A program made the position numbers and the translations under genes. A stretch of DNA of 64,000 bases from Takakia lepidozioides. Taxonomy: Eukaryota; Plantae; Bryophyta. Shown in pieces: positions 50,201 through 64,000 of this stretch. The first letter of the stretch is position 1. Each line of letters opens with the position of its first letter. A model generated the notes under the pieces. The model did not search any database. It had not been told where the DNA came from and saw only the letters and a program-made list of their open reading frames with translations. The stretch covers positions 24,552,001 to 24,616,000 of the forward strand of contig CM060732.1 of assembly GCA_030704615.1 (NCBI GenBank), given 5' to 3'.

Positions 50201-53058
50201 CTCTGACATTTCTTCTTCCTTAAATAAGTCTTGGGAAATTTCAATGCATGTATTGGGTCTCATTCTTGAGGTATGAGTGATTTCCACATTGCACTTTGAC
50301 TTCGGCTTGTGGTGTGGAAAGTGAGAATCTTGAGATTTTAGTGGTGACATGATTCTGTTTTGGGTGAAACTGCAATGTAGTACAATGCAGCTGGATTTTC
50401 GTCATATTTGCTGTAGGCCATGAAATGCTCCAGCACATTCCAATACTTGACGGGGTCTGGGGAGGCTTCTAGTCCATTTTGTTGGGTAGCATCAAACTGG
50501 AAAAAATTGCTAGCTTTGATTCAGATTATCCCAGTAAAAGAAGTATCAGTCATATCTGCAGCTGCGTCGGTTTGCTTGGTACAAAGTTCACCAAATAGTC
50601 ACGTACGCAACTAGAGAAGACAGTCTTGCTATATCCACCCATCCCTTTCAGATCAATTTTGATTACTAGACTAGCCTAAGTTTTGCGCCCTTACATCACT
50701 CCACATTCTTTCTCGCACATACGTAAAGCTCCTTTCAAGTTGTTCGTTCTTCCTCTCTGCTAATCAGCGATTGATACAGATCTACTGCAACTAACATCAA
50801 CCACCATGACGCCACCCAATTCTTCTTATGTCATAATGGGTACCAATTGTTACATACCGCGCCACGATCGCTGGATCTCCACCAAGAACCCACCGAGGAA
50901 GATCTCCTGCCACATCTTCTCAACAAACCCACCTCCAGCGTGAGACAACATAACGCCGGCCCCTCAGTGTCTGCGTGCGCGTGTACAGGCCAGGCACGGG
51001 ATGCCGCTCCGCTGTGGCACTTCCATCCTCAAATTGTCGCCCGAAGGTCGGATTTTTCCCTTCGACTTTGTATTGCAAAGATTGGCATCTACTTACTGTG
51101 ACAGCATCTACAAGAAAATGTTGGAAGCGTACCCTCTGCTCCCTTCCTCCCTCCCTGCCTTCCTTCCTTCCTTCCCAAGTGCTCTCCTGTGCAGGTATAG
51201 CTGACGTTAGGTGTGTGAGCAGAGATACGGTACGTACAAAGGAAGACTGGATTAGTTATTAGCGGTAAGTGCAGGGACCGTTACGTAAGTAGGCTACATA
51301 ACCCAGCAGTTCTCGCACGTGCCCATAGCTGACGCCGCCCTTCCGACTTCAGACTGCCTCACTAATCCAGTCACTAAACTCCTCAGTCTTCACTTGCTGT
51401 GGCGGCTTCCGTAAGTAATTACTGCTCTAACCGAGACAAGTTAATTAGTATTCAAATTATGATTAAGTAGAAACTAACCCTGGCAACAACCGCCAACTTT
51501 GAATGCGGCCATAAACTCGCTCACTAACTACCCCGCATGGTACTAATTCAGTTACTAAGTGCAAAGCGAGTACCAGAGGGCGCACATGGGGTCCACAAAG
51601 TGGAACAAATGTGTTGAGGTGTCTCTCTCCACAGTTCTAAAGCGAGTCCCTTCTTCGTGCCCGGAGAAGAAGAATTGGAGAAAAACAAGTGGGCTGTAGG
51701 GACCGACAAACCCAAGCCTTGCTTAGATATTTTCTAATTCAAGTTAGAAAACAAAGCGACTGTAGGAGCAAGCTAGATTTGGAGGAGGAGGGACCCATGA
51801 CCAGATTCTGATTCTTGACTCCGGAAGATGAAGGATGTGTTTCGGTTTGAGGACGGGTGATTCAACAAGATGGGCATCGCTAGATGGATAAGGAAGGAAA
51901 CGCGCCTTGCTTCTGGCAAAAGAGCTGGCCCACCAGGACAGCGAGAAAGTGAAGTGTCTGGAGCACGAGATAACACTACATAGACCTCCATACATAACAT
52001 GACAGGAAGAAACAAACAATTATTAAAAAGAACAAAGATCTGATCAGGAACTTGGGACTCGCTTGACTGAAGGTGGGTCATACAATCTGCACAAAAGCCC
52101 ACAGTAAGAATTGCACAGGTGTACACAGTCACAGTCCTTTAATTTTGAAGCTGTGGACAGACAATCTGCAAACTGCAAAATGGTGGGCAAAGTCCCTCTC
52201 TCATTCTAGTGATCCTGGGCTCAATGCCCCCTATCTCACAACGTGGTTGTGCAAAGGGTCAGATCTAAGTACTGCACACACAATCTAGGTTGGAGAAGAA
52301 AAGTGTGGAAGCCAGAAAGGTGCCGGCTGCAGGAGTGTATGTAGAGTGACGCTCACTAAATGGCGACGGCGCTGCCATTACGAAGGCAGAGTGTGGGTTA
52401 CTTACTGCGTGTACCTGCAGGGCGGGCCCCGCCACGGTGTCTCTTCGCCAGGAAGCCACCTCGCTCTCTGCCTTCGCTTGCTCCTTCGCCTGGCCTTCCC
52501 CCTGCCCCCAAGCGTTTCGTGACGTGTGGGTTCGATCTTTCTGCTGGAGCTAGTAGAGAAGCAGTACTTGTACTAGTACAGTGTATAATTAGAACATTAG
52601 TACCAGGCTTGAGTCTGTCTACATGGTCGTCGTTTCGAGGCTGCAGATGTACGCAGACATGTTGAGGTAGAGAAGAGGTGATTGTTGTGTGTTGCAGAGG
52701 TTCTCTGTACGGGCGGGAAGTGGGTTGACGGGTTGATTGACGCTTCGTGTGCAGTGGTCTGAGATCGAGTGTGAGGGAGCTCACAAGTCCAGGAGTCCGA
52801 ATTGCATGTGTACACATTGAACAGATACAATCGAAGGATTCAGCGGGCGGAGGGCGGAGGGCAAGTTAGGCAGATTTGTGGTTGAGCTTTGTGAACGGAC
52901 GTAGGGAGAAGGAAGATACTGTATACGTGAAGACTGGGTCTCATTCAGATAGACTTAGAGAGCTCTAGAGCATTGTGACAGCCTCAAAAGGGTGCATAAA
53001 CGCGAAGGCTGTTTGCTCATCTTGGGAAGCCGGACACGTTGGAAGAGCAGGGAGATAG

Positions 53059-54381
53059 ATGGGGCTGCGAATTGCGTCGGAAATGGTGGGTCTCGTATGG
53101 CAGCATCCCTTCGTCTCATGCTGTGTCCTCGTGCTGTTCACTCCCCCTTTCTTCCCCATCGTCAAATACTTCTCTCCCCTTTTGATTTCCACGGGCCTCT
53201 GCATTCTCGCGCTTGTGAGCATGGGACCGAGCAAGCAGGGTCCTCCTGCTGAGATGGACGCGGAGCTGAGGAGGACTCCCGAGGTGAAGGTGTGGGAAGA
53301 CAAAGCAGCTCGGAGAATCGATCGAGATGCATACATTGATGGCGAGAGACTGTCGAAGAGACGAAAGTCGGGGAGAGAAGAAAGCTGGATGGAGTGGATG
53401 AAGAGCATCGAGGAGAATAGCCTAGCGTGGGTGGAGAGTAAGTTGAAGAACGAAAGCTGGAGGGGATCATTCTTGAATGACGAGAACGTGTCCATCTTGC
53501 AAGAGGCTTTCAAACCAACCAAACTGACCTCAGATGTGAGCGTTGAAAAGAATGTTGGCAGCGATCGATCTCCTGCACAGGATACGGCCAAAGATCTGGG
53601 CTCGGAAGAAAGTGTTGGCAAGGAACTTGTTCCTTACATACAGGCTGTCCCTGCAACTGACAGTGTTGATGGTAGTTCTGGTGGTCAAGATGGCTCAGCA
53701 GCACCCATGGATCATGCAGAGGATGGCACGAGAGAGAACCGGCCAGTGCTGCCTGCCTCTGAGGGTCCTAAACCTGCGGTAGATGCAATTCAAATTCTTA
53801 AGAGTGAAGAACCTGGGCCATTGAGTCCTTATGTTGACTTGGATGACAGTCCTCACCTGGGCACCAAAGAGGCAGAAACGAAAGCCGCAGAGGCCATGCT
53901 GGTTGGTGTACTCCGCAATTTCACCAATGATGACGACCTTGACAGTCCTATTGTCGAGTCCTTATCGACATCTGATAAAATAGCGGCAATGGAGGCGCTA
54001 GCGCAGGCAATGGATGTGGCCCCAGGCGACAAGTCTCCCATAATCAGAGCACTTCAGCCAACCACCGCTGAGCAGGTGACCGACATCACTGAGAAGCTAA
54101 AGGAATTTGTAGAGGGAAACTCTCACGTCGATCCCCTCCCACCAAGACCGGAATCGCCACTCTTCTTACCGGCATCTGGCAGAAAGGCTAGAGTGATGCA
54201 GGACCTTCCTCCAACTGAAGCTGCTTCCTCGGCCGAAGAAGAGGTCTCTTCAGACTCGGATATTGATTATGAAATATTTCCTCCTGTTATGCCTCCTGAC
54301 TTGGAGATGAAGCTTCATCCGCCTGTCAAATTGCGTCATGAGATTCAGCCATCGGAGCAGAAAACGAAACTGTCTGCATGA
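53059..54381 (+). CDS. Single-exon 440-aa protein: N-terminal hydrophobic (two TM-like) segment and long acidic, probably disordered tail
   Basis: Intact long ORF. The N-terminus HPF..FSPLLIST..LALVSMGP resembles a conserved land-plant uncharacterised membrane-anchored family (recognised by eye). Confidence 0.8.
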   Translation: MGLRIASEMVGLVWQHPFVSCCVLVLFTPPFFPIVKYFSPLLISTGLCILALVSMGPSKQGPPAEMDAELRRTPEVKVWEDKAARRIDRDAYIDGERLSKRRKSGREESWMEWMKSIEENSLAWVESKLKNESWRGSFLNDENVSILQEAFKPTKLTSDVSVEKNVGSDRSPAQDTAKDLGSEESVGKELVPYIQAVPATDSVDGSSGGQDGSAAPMDHAEDGTRENRPVLPASEGPKPAVDAIQILKSEEPGPLSPYVDLDDSPHLGTKEAETKAAEAMLVGVLRNFTNDDDLDSPIVESLSTSDKIAAMEALAQAMDVAPGDKSPIIRALQPTTAEQVTDITEKLKEFVEGNSHVDPLPPRPESPLFLPASGRKARVMQDLPPTEAASSAEEEVSSDSDIDYEIFPPVMPPDLEMKLHPPVKLRHEIQPSEQKTKLSA

Positions 54382-56389
54382 TTCGGGCCTGCGTTCCAGA
54401 ATGCTTCTACAAGTCTCACAAATTTTGTACCTATAGAATTCTCGTTTTCTGAAGAGAACCCTTATCTCTTTCATCAAAGAGAAACTTTCAGCTGCTGGAG
54501 CACTCATTGCTGCTCATAGCTCTTCGGCTTACAATCGTAGCCAGGTGTAGATAGCCACATATTTTTTGGTTTCTTCAGTGTTGCACACGTTCTCCACAGA
54601 AACACTGTCGCGTCACTAAATTTCTGCGACTTATACAACTGAATGAAATCCAATACCACTTTGGATCCAGAGAATTTTTTGTAATCACATGTGATGTTCT
54701 CATCTCAGTTTTCAGTGAATTCTCTTACTGGTTTGTTGTGAGTTTGCCTTATTGATCACTATTTGAGCCTTGGATTGGATGGTAAGAGTAGAATTCTGAT
54801 TGGTGTTGTAGAAACAATGTCTTGGCAGGACTCAAAGGTGCCACTGAGAATCCCTGGAGTGTTAGTGAAGCATCGCGGATTCCACAGAGACCTCCACCAG
54901 TCTTGTAAGAGTCAATCACGGCTCTCTCGGCTGATTTCTACGCATGACTCAGTGGGCGTTTGAGTGCCCTCCTACACTTGAGTTAGTTCGTTCAATCTCC
55001 TCCAGAAAACCTGAATGGGAAGGATGGCTCTTTCTCTAGCCAGTTGTTGAGGATCCCATGAACGCGGCTCTTGCTCGATAAAGATGGTAGGAAGCATGTA
55101 ATAAAACAGCGAGATTTGACAGTAAGCGAGGTTGATTGAGAGGCAGATGATTGACAAGGGAAGCAGAGTTGGAGTGGACGTGCAGTGGCAAACAGGGAAG
55201 GTACGTAAGTAGTACAGAGTAGAGGTGGGTGGGCTCTTGGCATTTGGTTGTGAAGACAGTTTAGAGGCGAGGATACTTTTGGGGTTTCATCCAACCGATT
55301 GTAAGTGGTGGTGGGTTCAAAGTTACCTCCGTGTATGTTGGATGTCGTCCATCACAGCCATACTTCAATAAGAGCTTAGTGGGGTTATGCTTGCTGTAAG
55401 TTAGTAGGCTATGCTTCCTTTGGTCCTGCCCTTGATGCTCTCATACTGTCGTATCCCACATGTTGGAACTCCAATGCGACGGGACATTTTCAAGACACGC
55501 AAGTGTGTTCTTCACCAAGTTTTCGGTGGTGTGACTGACATTCATGCATCAGATGGTTAAGGATGTGATAGTGGCTACAGTGTTTGCAACCCCTCTTCAA
55601 GAACTGGAGACAGCTGCCACCTGTCTTGCTCAACTAGGGATGTTTTGATTCCTGTAAAGTTTGAGGTTAGAAAATCAGCAGTGCACAGAGTCCTAAGGTT
55701 ATTGAGGTAATGAACATGAATTATCTTCACTGTAGCCCATTTGTGGTATGACTGAATCTCAGATGGCTGGAGATGCCAGCACTCGTTTGGCACGAGTGGG
55801 AGACGATGACCGAGAGGTGTATGTGTTGTGGCAATGTTATGTACAGCCTAGTTTCGAATGTGAGGCTGTTAACCCACCACAGATCTACACAGCACGAGCT
55901 TGTGGAGAATCAAACTAGGCACCTGATCATGCGGTTGGAAGAGGTGAATCCAAATGTTGTTCATTTGTGGGAGTTCAAAATCTACAGAGCTGAGCCCAAG
56001 CTGAGCATGCTTTCATCACTCCAACCAGCTCCGATGAATGTGTGTGAAATTCTCAAACACGGAGAGTGATCTTCGCCAAGAAGGTTGGCGTATGATTGAG
56101 TGGAAGAAGCTTGCCAATTTGGCTAAGTTGTGAACTTTACATCACCGTTAATTTATATGGTTTGCATCATTTACCAGGATTTCAGTTGTAATTTCGATGA
56201 TCCCCGAGAAATGAATATATGCTGGGATCCTTCTTTACTCTAGTAATTTCGATAGCATTCAGATCAACTCTTACAACATACAACATTGCAGCAGTTTTGA
56301 CATCCACTAGTGTAAAGGAAGCTACCACATTGCAACACCTTCCATATCCCTTACTGGAATGCCATACCAGTTTTGAGACCAACTCTTTT

Positions 56390-57210
56390 CACACCCAGGC
56401 ATCAACGCATGTATGAGGAAGACAGACGGTGAAGTGACCAGTTTTTATGAGCGCAGCATCGTCGACGACCACAAAGAGCCTGCAACTGTGGGACAGGGGA
56501 GTGGCTATAAGCCTTCAACAGACAAGTTTGTTGATGTTGTCCTCCTCACCATGCGTACAGAGGATGGACGTAAGCATCTGTATGACGAATCGATAAGGCT
56601 TGTGCTCCGGGACCAATTCTAAATTGGAGCCAGCATTGTAAACGACAGCCGGGGACAAGGTAATTTTCCTGTTGATGCACTCGAGCTGCATTTTGTGAGG
56701 TTCTGATAATCTACTGTACCTTCAGCATGGAAGTTGGCGGTGAACATTGGCTTAGAAGAAAAACACCAGAAAAAACTTAATGTGCGTGCTTTTGCACGCA
56801 TGTAGGACATGATGAATGCTGGACAGACACATCGTCGGTGACGACGGAGTGGGCGATGGCCGAGCTCTTGCGCCACCCCGATGTGATGAAGCGCGCACAA
56901 ACTGAATTACCTACAAGCTGTAGACCTCTAAGTGAATTTTTCGCCTCCACCGGCGGCTCCACTCCTGATTCCATACGAGTCTCGTGAGAAATGTCAAGTG
57001 GCGGGCTAGAATCTGCCAGCAATGACCCAATTGTTCGTCAATGTTTGGGCTATTGGGCGAGATTCTTCCACATGGAAGAGACCCCTTTGCGTTTGAACCT
57101 GATAGATTTATGGATCAGCATCCTGACATTGATGTCAAAGGCCATGACTTCAAACTTTGCCTTTTGGGAGTGGAGAAGGGGATGCCCAGGACTCTCTCTG
57201 GGACCACTTA
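56390..57210 (+). pseudogene. Cytochrome P450 (CYP71 clan) pseudogene, 3' half
   Basis: FVDVVLL..G.KHL.D..I; after an intron, DMMNAG.DTSSVTTEWAMAELLRHPDVMKRAQTEL (I-helix), RLH..APLLIP.ES, VNVWAIGRD, FEPDRF and degenerate PFGSG.RGCPG heme motif. Frameshifts and stops present. Confidence 0.88.
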
Positions 57211-58525
57211 ACTGAGAGAAATACATACACGAGATGTATGTGTATGTGTATGTGTACGTTTCTCTGGGTGACACTGAGAAGTACACATACATGAGACTAG
57301 GTACTTAACTGAGAAGTATGTGTTGGGCAATATTATGCACACCCTAGTTTCGGGAGAGAGTGATTCTCAAATCTTTATCATTATGCGATATCAAAAATAA
57401 AAGCGGCCATTGTTCGATCAGCTTGTGATGCCCCAAACTTTCCTCATCACAGATTTACCTTATTCATCCAAAGCGGCGATACTCATTCGTAGTATAAATT
57501 TTTGGCTTAAAATACCGTTGAACCGTTACAAAGATATCATAGCCAGGGTTAGTTATGGCTTGTGGCTACATCATGGCCGTTCAATAGATCTAGGGTTTTG
57601 ATGTCGCGCCGCGGGCCCAGCCTGACACGCCTCGCCAAGCGACAAGAAGGCATGCATCTAGGGTTTGTATAAAGTGGCGGCCTGACCTTGTGCTGATGTA
57701 CTCTGATACCAAGGTGACCTGCATACAATGAACAATGAAAACGCTCCAATAAAGCATTCAGCTGGCTCCGTGGTGGCACCTCCAAATAGCATGGCACTCC
57801 CCCTTAGTGAGCTCCTTGAAAAGCTTATCACCCATGAAGCGGTGAGTAGACACATGATAAAGAATTTGCTTGCGCAAGGATTCGGAAAGGTCAGCTGGTG
57901 AACGCCCTGATTGGCATCGCTGGAGTAGCGCAGCATGTAGCTGATCATCCATGACTGCACTGCACATAAGAGGTAGACAATGGGCTTTAGAGAAGGTGGT
58001 CTGGAGTGCCTGCACCTACGATCTCCATCCAAGGATACCTTCACCTCATTTGTTACTACTCAAGCACGACAACTGGTTGAGCTGAGCTCTAGGATTGTCT
58101 CCCCCAAACGCTTGCGGTCTCCTGATCTCCCTCCACTATTCACACCATCCCATCGCGGTAGCAGCTGTGGCGACACCGCCTCCATAATTACCGCTGTAGT
58201 AAGGCTGCCACTCAAGTCTACTGGGTGTATCACAGGGATTTTGGAGTCTTTGGGGGAGGGAGTACCTCGTGACAACCAACCTATCAGGTCGAAAAAACGG
58301 AGAGGATTGGAGCAGCCAATGGGGAGGGAGGGAAGGGTGTGGGACTGGGTGAAATGTGATGCCACGTGTAGAGACTGGCATAGAAGTAGGAGGGTGGGCA
58401 GGTGGATGTCCGGATGGAGAACCAGTCACAGAAGTTGGGACGATTGTAGAATTGGATGATATAATAACCCATAGAACAACAAAAAATAATATATGACTAG
58501 GGTAGCCTGTGCCGTTGGCCCATTA

Positions 58526-61500
58526 CTATACAACAGGAACACCTGTCACATATAAGCTCGCAGCAAACACAATATCACGCTTGATGGCATTGGATGCATC
58601 CTCCATCTTTTTGAAGAGGATTGAATCACCAATAATACGTGCTGCATTCATGAACTCACGACAAGTCTCATCCAGCCTCACGATTGTGCGCACAATAGAG
58701 CCTTCGGGCACATTTGTAAGCTCACATATGTCTGAAAATGGAGTGCCCTGCACCCCCACACATGATCATGCACTTTGTCAGCCTTCCAATCCATCCTCGA
58801 ATTCATAGTGAACAAGAACTCTCTCACTCCACATTGGCCAGGCATACAACGAAAGACACTAGGCCTCAGCAAGATGAATTTAACACATCGAAGTCCCTCC
58901 CATCTATCCGATAGTCGCACAAGTTCAGAAAGAGGTGGGGAAAAACCTTGGCCCATTCGTAGACAACTTCCATAAGACCAAATTTAAGGGTGTCGTGTGC
59001 ATAGTCTTCAGGATTGATGGACAATCCATAGCTTGCTTGCACCTCTCCAAGCCTCACTGCAGTCCTGTGAAGCCTGATCACACCATCACCCATCCATTTT
59101 TGCCAATCACTTCAGGTGACAAAACATACTAATAGGCATCCTGATCATGATAACGACCTTGCTTTATCTGCCACTATCAGAAAACTGTGTCAAGATACTG
59201 CAGTTCAGAAGAGAAATACCTGTCCTTAGCCTCAGCAAGGCGGGGAGTAAGGAGAGCCTCACTGGCATCCTTTTGCTGAAACACCAGAGCAGACAGAAGC
59301 GCCACAGCCTCAGCAGGGGAAAGGTCATCTAGCTGGTTGTCAAAGAGGCACTCGGTGGCAATCAGCTCATCACCACTGTTGATCTCACAAGCCACCCGCC
59401 CCTTAAGTTGCACCACCAGATCTGTGTCTATGCACCCCACCTCTTGCAGGACCTCTATCTGCATCCCGCATCCATGTTACCAGTCCATGAGGCACTCTGC
59501 CTTCGGGCCACGTTAGCTGTCTTTTGACGCAGTTCTATCGTTCTAGTCCTTGGTGCCAACTCACAGATTAGCAAAAGATCAAGGGAGCTTGAAATTCACA
59601 AAAATATTCCAGCTACTGATCATAGTTGATGTCAACTGGAAACGAGTTACATTTTTTCTCCAATTCTCATGAACAGCAGTCTTATAAGTCCAGGTTAATA
59701 AGTCCAAAAGCCTAACCCACGAACAGTACACAACCAATCAAATAATAAACAGTCAGGCATTGAAGAAAAGCCTTTGTGAGATAACAGGGAGATTACACGC
59801 TGTTGAAAGTCCGGCATTTTCTGGAGTGCCGCATCAGAGAGTTCAAACTTGAGCTGCTTGACTCGATCTTTCAGGAGTTGCTGCGTTTTCACAAGTGTGT
59901 AGTGCTCTTGTAGCTTAGGACAACGGTGGCACTTATTCTGTGCCAATTTTTCAAGCAGTGTCTGCCTCCTTCGGTATTGATCCACTATGTCTAAATCATT
60001 CAGCTTCAAATCTGCAACCCCACACCCACCCACCACAACGCCTCATTGGTTGTTCGTCATCTTAGACAAAAATGACATATCCAGGTCACCCAGAAATAGT
60101 GACTCCCAGACCAAGCAACAAACACAACGAGGTTACAAGGGCAGCAAATCATGGACACTGGGATACTGCACTTCGTATGCACTCAGCTTCTGCCAGGGAT
60201 AACCAACCACCACATTGTCAACCTGTTCAGATGAGAGGGGCAGTTTTTTTCAGGTGTACCTTTGAGGGGGTCAAGGGCAGGAGGGTCCTGGCCAGGATGC
60301 TCTTGTTCAACCTGGAGCAGCTGCTGTACAGTGGAAGAAAAGGCAGCTGTATTGGCATCTTCCAAGAGGCGGACCACATCAACACGGATCTTGGGCTTGC
60401 AGATGCTCAGAAAGCCCTGATTTTCAACTTCCATAACCACATAGGCCACCCCTCCTGCTGTCCCATAGTGAGGAAGCGGGAAGTGCACAATACCAGTCCC
60501 TTTGCGGGACCCACCCCCCAGCACCATGTAGTCATCATCCAGGCCCCGGTTACCCTTGCGACTGATGAAGTAGCCCTCCTGTGCCAGACTTTTACCGGCC
60601 TTCACTTCACCTGCTGTTTCAGTGCCTCCTGCAGAGATAGGGATTGGAGCACGATGTAGAGCTAGTATGATGGCTGCTTTGCTGCTACCTGTGCTTGCTC
60701 TCAACACCACTCCGAGCGCTGGTACTGGCACCTGCCCACCCCACCACCCTTTTGCACCTCTTGTCATGAGGTCACAAATGATACTACTCTTGAATCCGGA
60801 TACATTGCACTGCCTCATAAAAAGCATAGACTCCTGAAAAGTGTGAGCGGGTTATGAAAGGCTTGCCAAGGTAAGGTGTCCTTATTAACCAACGCTGATT
60901 CCCAAACCTAGGGGGAGCCACCACAGGTACAGAATAAGATGATAATACATGAACAAAGAGGAAGCCAGCAAGTCAAACGGGAACTTACAACAGGAGTGCG
61001 CACAGTTACAACCCGGCCTGAAACAAGGGCCTGCTGCGCTGCACGTGACTGCATTACTGTTTCTTGAATCCGCTCGCCCAGCTTTTCAGCTTCTATTGCC
61101 ACATCATAATATTCTTCTATCGTTGGCTCCCCAAGAATGCACCTATGCACACAAAACAAGGCATCTATGAGGTTTCTCTTCTCACTTAGATCTCTTCAAT
61201 TGATTTCCTGGAACAACCCACAGATCAAAAGGGCATGGTAACAGAGCTCCAAGCCTGCTGCATTGTTTAAATTTGCAAGCTTGAGTCCTGTTAACGGTAC
61301 AGGCTGTAGTAGCTACCACATAGCAACTAGCTTACAAGACTGGTTGCCAGCATAATCCAAAACATTGGAATCCTCTGCACTAGCAGCAAATTTGAAAGAA
61401 TCATCTCCTCGGAGCAGATTATACTGAGCTTACTCAATCTTGACATTCATCTTGGAAAGGGCACCCTCCCGTTCAAGGAGCTGCTGCTGCTGCTCTGGAA

Positions 61501-64000
61501 GTGCACGCTGGGCATGGAATTCAGCAAAACTCCGTTTGAGCATATCCTCGACCTGCGATAATACAGAGCCAGCACATAAACCCCTGATTCGACATCATTC
61601 TCAAGTCTGTGTTTGGGAGGTTCCAGTAAGCAGATCAATATAATGCTGTAAATCTGTCTCAGCAAATTGAACCCTGGCACGGCTACAGAGCCATCTTCAA
61701 AAAATTTAGATCCAAGCAACATACTTTTAGGTCCTCCACCCGGAGAAGGTTGAGAATCATGCTGTAAGTAAGCCGGAACTGGGACTCCAGCTTGGTGGGC
61801 TTTCCGGTCAGTAGGCGCCTCAAGTCTCCTTCTTCAGGAATGTCATCCCAACACATAACCACCACAGTTCCTACCTGCATGAACAGAATTTGATCAGAGA
61901 ATGCTTTGGAGAGTTCACCTATCCCATTTCAGGGGCACTCCACAGGAACCTTCAGTGATAACTCCCTTAGCCTTCCACATACATGTCTCTTCAGGAAGCA
62001 CATAAGGGTCATTCATCCACCTTATCCAGCCCCCGTCGGCCAGCCCGACCCGCCATCTGAGTGTACTCGCCTGGCAGCAATTGCCGAAACGTCTTGCCGT
62101 CGTGCTTCCGTAAACTGTGAAACGCCACCTGCACCACTCCCACAACCAGCCAACACCTTAAGAAACCACCGTCAATGCACCTGCATTGATATGCTTCACA
62201 GCTCTGTTCCAAAGAAGCCATACTCACGAGGGAGACAACTCCAGAAGATGATTAAGGAGCAGAAAGAGACCTGGAATTGTGGTGCGTGAGGGGAGTACCC
62301 AAATTAGACGGCAACTTGGCAACAAGAGCTGAACACAATCTGGACTTGAAACATGAACTCTTGGTTACACCATGGACCAATGGCTCAAGGAAAGTCATCA
62401 CTTACTGTTCGAGCAGGAGCGTTCACACCCATTGCAAAGGTCTCTGTAGAGAACAGAACCTGCTTTCACAGGCCAAACAATTTGCTACAAAGCTTAGAGA
62501 TCCCCCTGTCTTTGAGGCTGAAAGTTCAAAAGAGACACCCTACTCAATAACCACCATAGGCAAAAAGAAAGCTAAGTCAAACACCAGAAACGAAGCTTTT
62601 TCCACCGATCCATCCAAATTTCATTCCTCATGGAGGGACTCATGTAGACCCCAGGAGCTCTGCACCTTAGCTGCAAACCACTAAGGGTTCCATATGCCCA
62701 ACAAAAAATGAAAGATTGACATCTCCCAGCAAGTAATAATGCAAGTCACACGAGACACACTCATCTCTACGCAGGCAGACCTTGATAACCCCACGGCAGA
62801 AAAGCATCTCGACCACTTCTTTCACAATTGGCAGCAAGCCTGCATGGTGCACTCCAATCCCCCTGCGTAGCAAATCTGTAACACGCACTACCTACTCACC
62901 CCAATGCTTGTATCAGAGTCCACCATGTGCAATTACCTGTTACAATAAAAAGTACATCCAACAGGAAGGCACCATGAATTCTCAAAGTTGGACCTGCACA
63001 AAAAGCAATCTGATATATTGAACCTGAGGTAGTCGCCGATCTGATCCCTTCAACCGTGAAAATGCTTTGTCACAGAATAGCCGAATCTCGCTCTTCTCAG
63101 ACCCTGATGTAAAATCTATGGCCGTCAAACTTTCTGCTGACTGGTCACACCGATTCTTTGAGAAGCAAAATACAACCACCTGCATGAAAGCAGCAAGAGA
63201 ACAGCCCCTTGAAACTGTCTATGCCCATCTCACACCTGAACATAGCCTACTCCTATCTCCTACCACAACAGCTCACCAGAGCAGCACCATGGGCATCACA
63301 TCATGGCCTTAAACTCTTGGCTTTCTAATTCCAGTATTCGTGGCAGATAGTGGTCGATATGTGTCTATTTTTCACCACAGTATGATGATCCACAATAGCT
63401 AGACACATGATTTGGAGATGTTGATGGCAGTGTTGATGTTTCGGTTCGATGTCTTCTGGTAAAACACAGTGTTGGCCAATTAAATGGTCTAACTGTCCAG
63501 ACACAGTACTCGAAACATGTTGCAACTCTGGGAAAGGCAAGAAGAAGAAAGAGGTCTCCCTAATTTGACCCCCATGTGCATAAACCGTGCAAGTCAGCTG
63601 ACATAGAGCAGAGACATCAACAATGTGTGTGAAGAGAGACGCTAGAAGAGAACCCATTTGCAGGACAGCACGGCGTGTAAAGGGGCAGCCATGCACATAC
63701 AGGAAGTAAACCCTTCTTAGAAAGGTTGTTGACGAGCGAATACCACTGTGACGTCTCCGACCGCCACCCACCACTGTTGCCTCGCTGCGCCCCTTGAATT
63801 GCAGCTTGAGCCACCTGCTTGCCACTTGGCCCTCTGGAACCACCCCTAGCACCTCCCCGCCCTTGCCCACCACCTCCACGGCCCTGACCAGCAGCTCCTG
63901 CGGCCCAGCCAGGGGTCGTTAGCTTAGTGGTCTTGGCATGGTGTGCATCACGTGCTTCCTTCACACCTTGAGGTAAGAAAGTCTGCTGGTCACATATTTT
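58526..64000 (-). CDS. SKI2: SKI2-like DExH-box RNA helicase (cytoplasmic exosome cofactor), 3' portion; 5' end lies beyond the window
   Basis: At least 13 GT-AG exons: [12 protein letters not shown]; [23 protein letters not shown]; [17 protein letters not shown]; [25 protein letters not shown]; [18 protein letters not shown]; [14 protein letters not shown]; DSHCT end [28 protein letters not shown]. Confidence 0.96.

Noticed and set aside
48050-50950. Multi-exon gene on the minus strand
   Set aside because: Several exon-like segments with GT/AG ends exist, but I could not assemble a consistent frame or recognise a domain.

Overview
Eukaryotic nuclear DNA from a non-seed land plant, most likely a moss. 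This is inferred from GT-AG introns, a PLS-DYW PPR gene, Tcn1-like chromoviruses and a plant SKI2. About 1-42.8 kb is a nested, rearranged transposon cluster. About 42.8-64 kb is genic: a DYW-PPR pseudogene, a 440-aa membrane-anchored ORF, a CYP71-clan P450 pseudogene and the 3' part of SKI2. The main signal is a Mutator-like (WRKY/GCM1-fold + DDE + SWIM) DNA transposon. It carries, head-to-head with its transposase, a multi-exon gene encoding a ParB/Srx-like domain (DGNHR) fused to a beta-class amino-DNA-methyltransferase fold. Its introns and other non-coding parts hold arrays of 24-26 bp palindromes with a GTC-N6-GAC core. Two diverged families (A and B) are present, each with its own palindrome arms, which suggests a family-specific ParB/parS-like or VANC-like self-recognition system. 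All copies here are decayed. A CACTA insertion with a 3-bp target-site duplication splits a gypsy integrase whose halves now lie in opposite orientation about 17.6 kb apart, marking an inversion. Domain calls are from motif recognition by eye, not database searches, and exon/junction coordinates are approximate.
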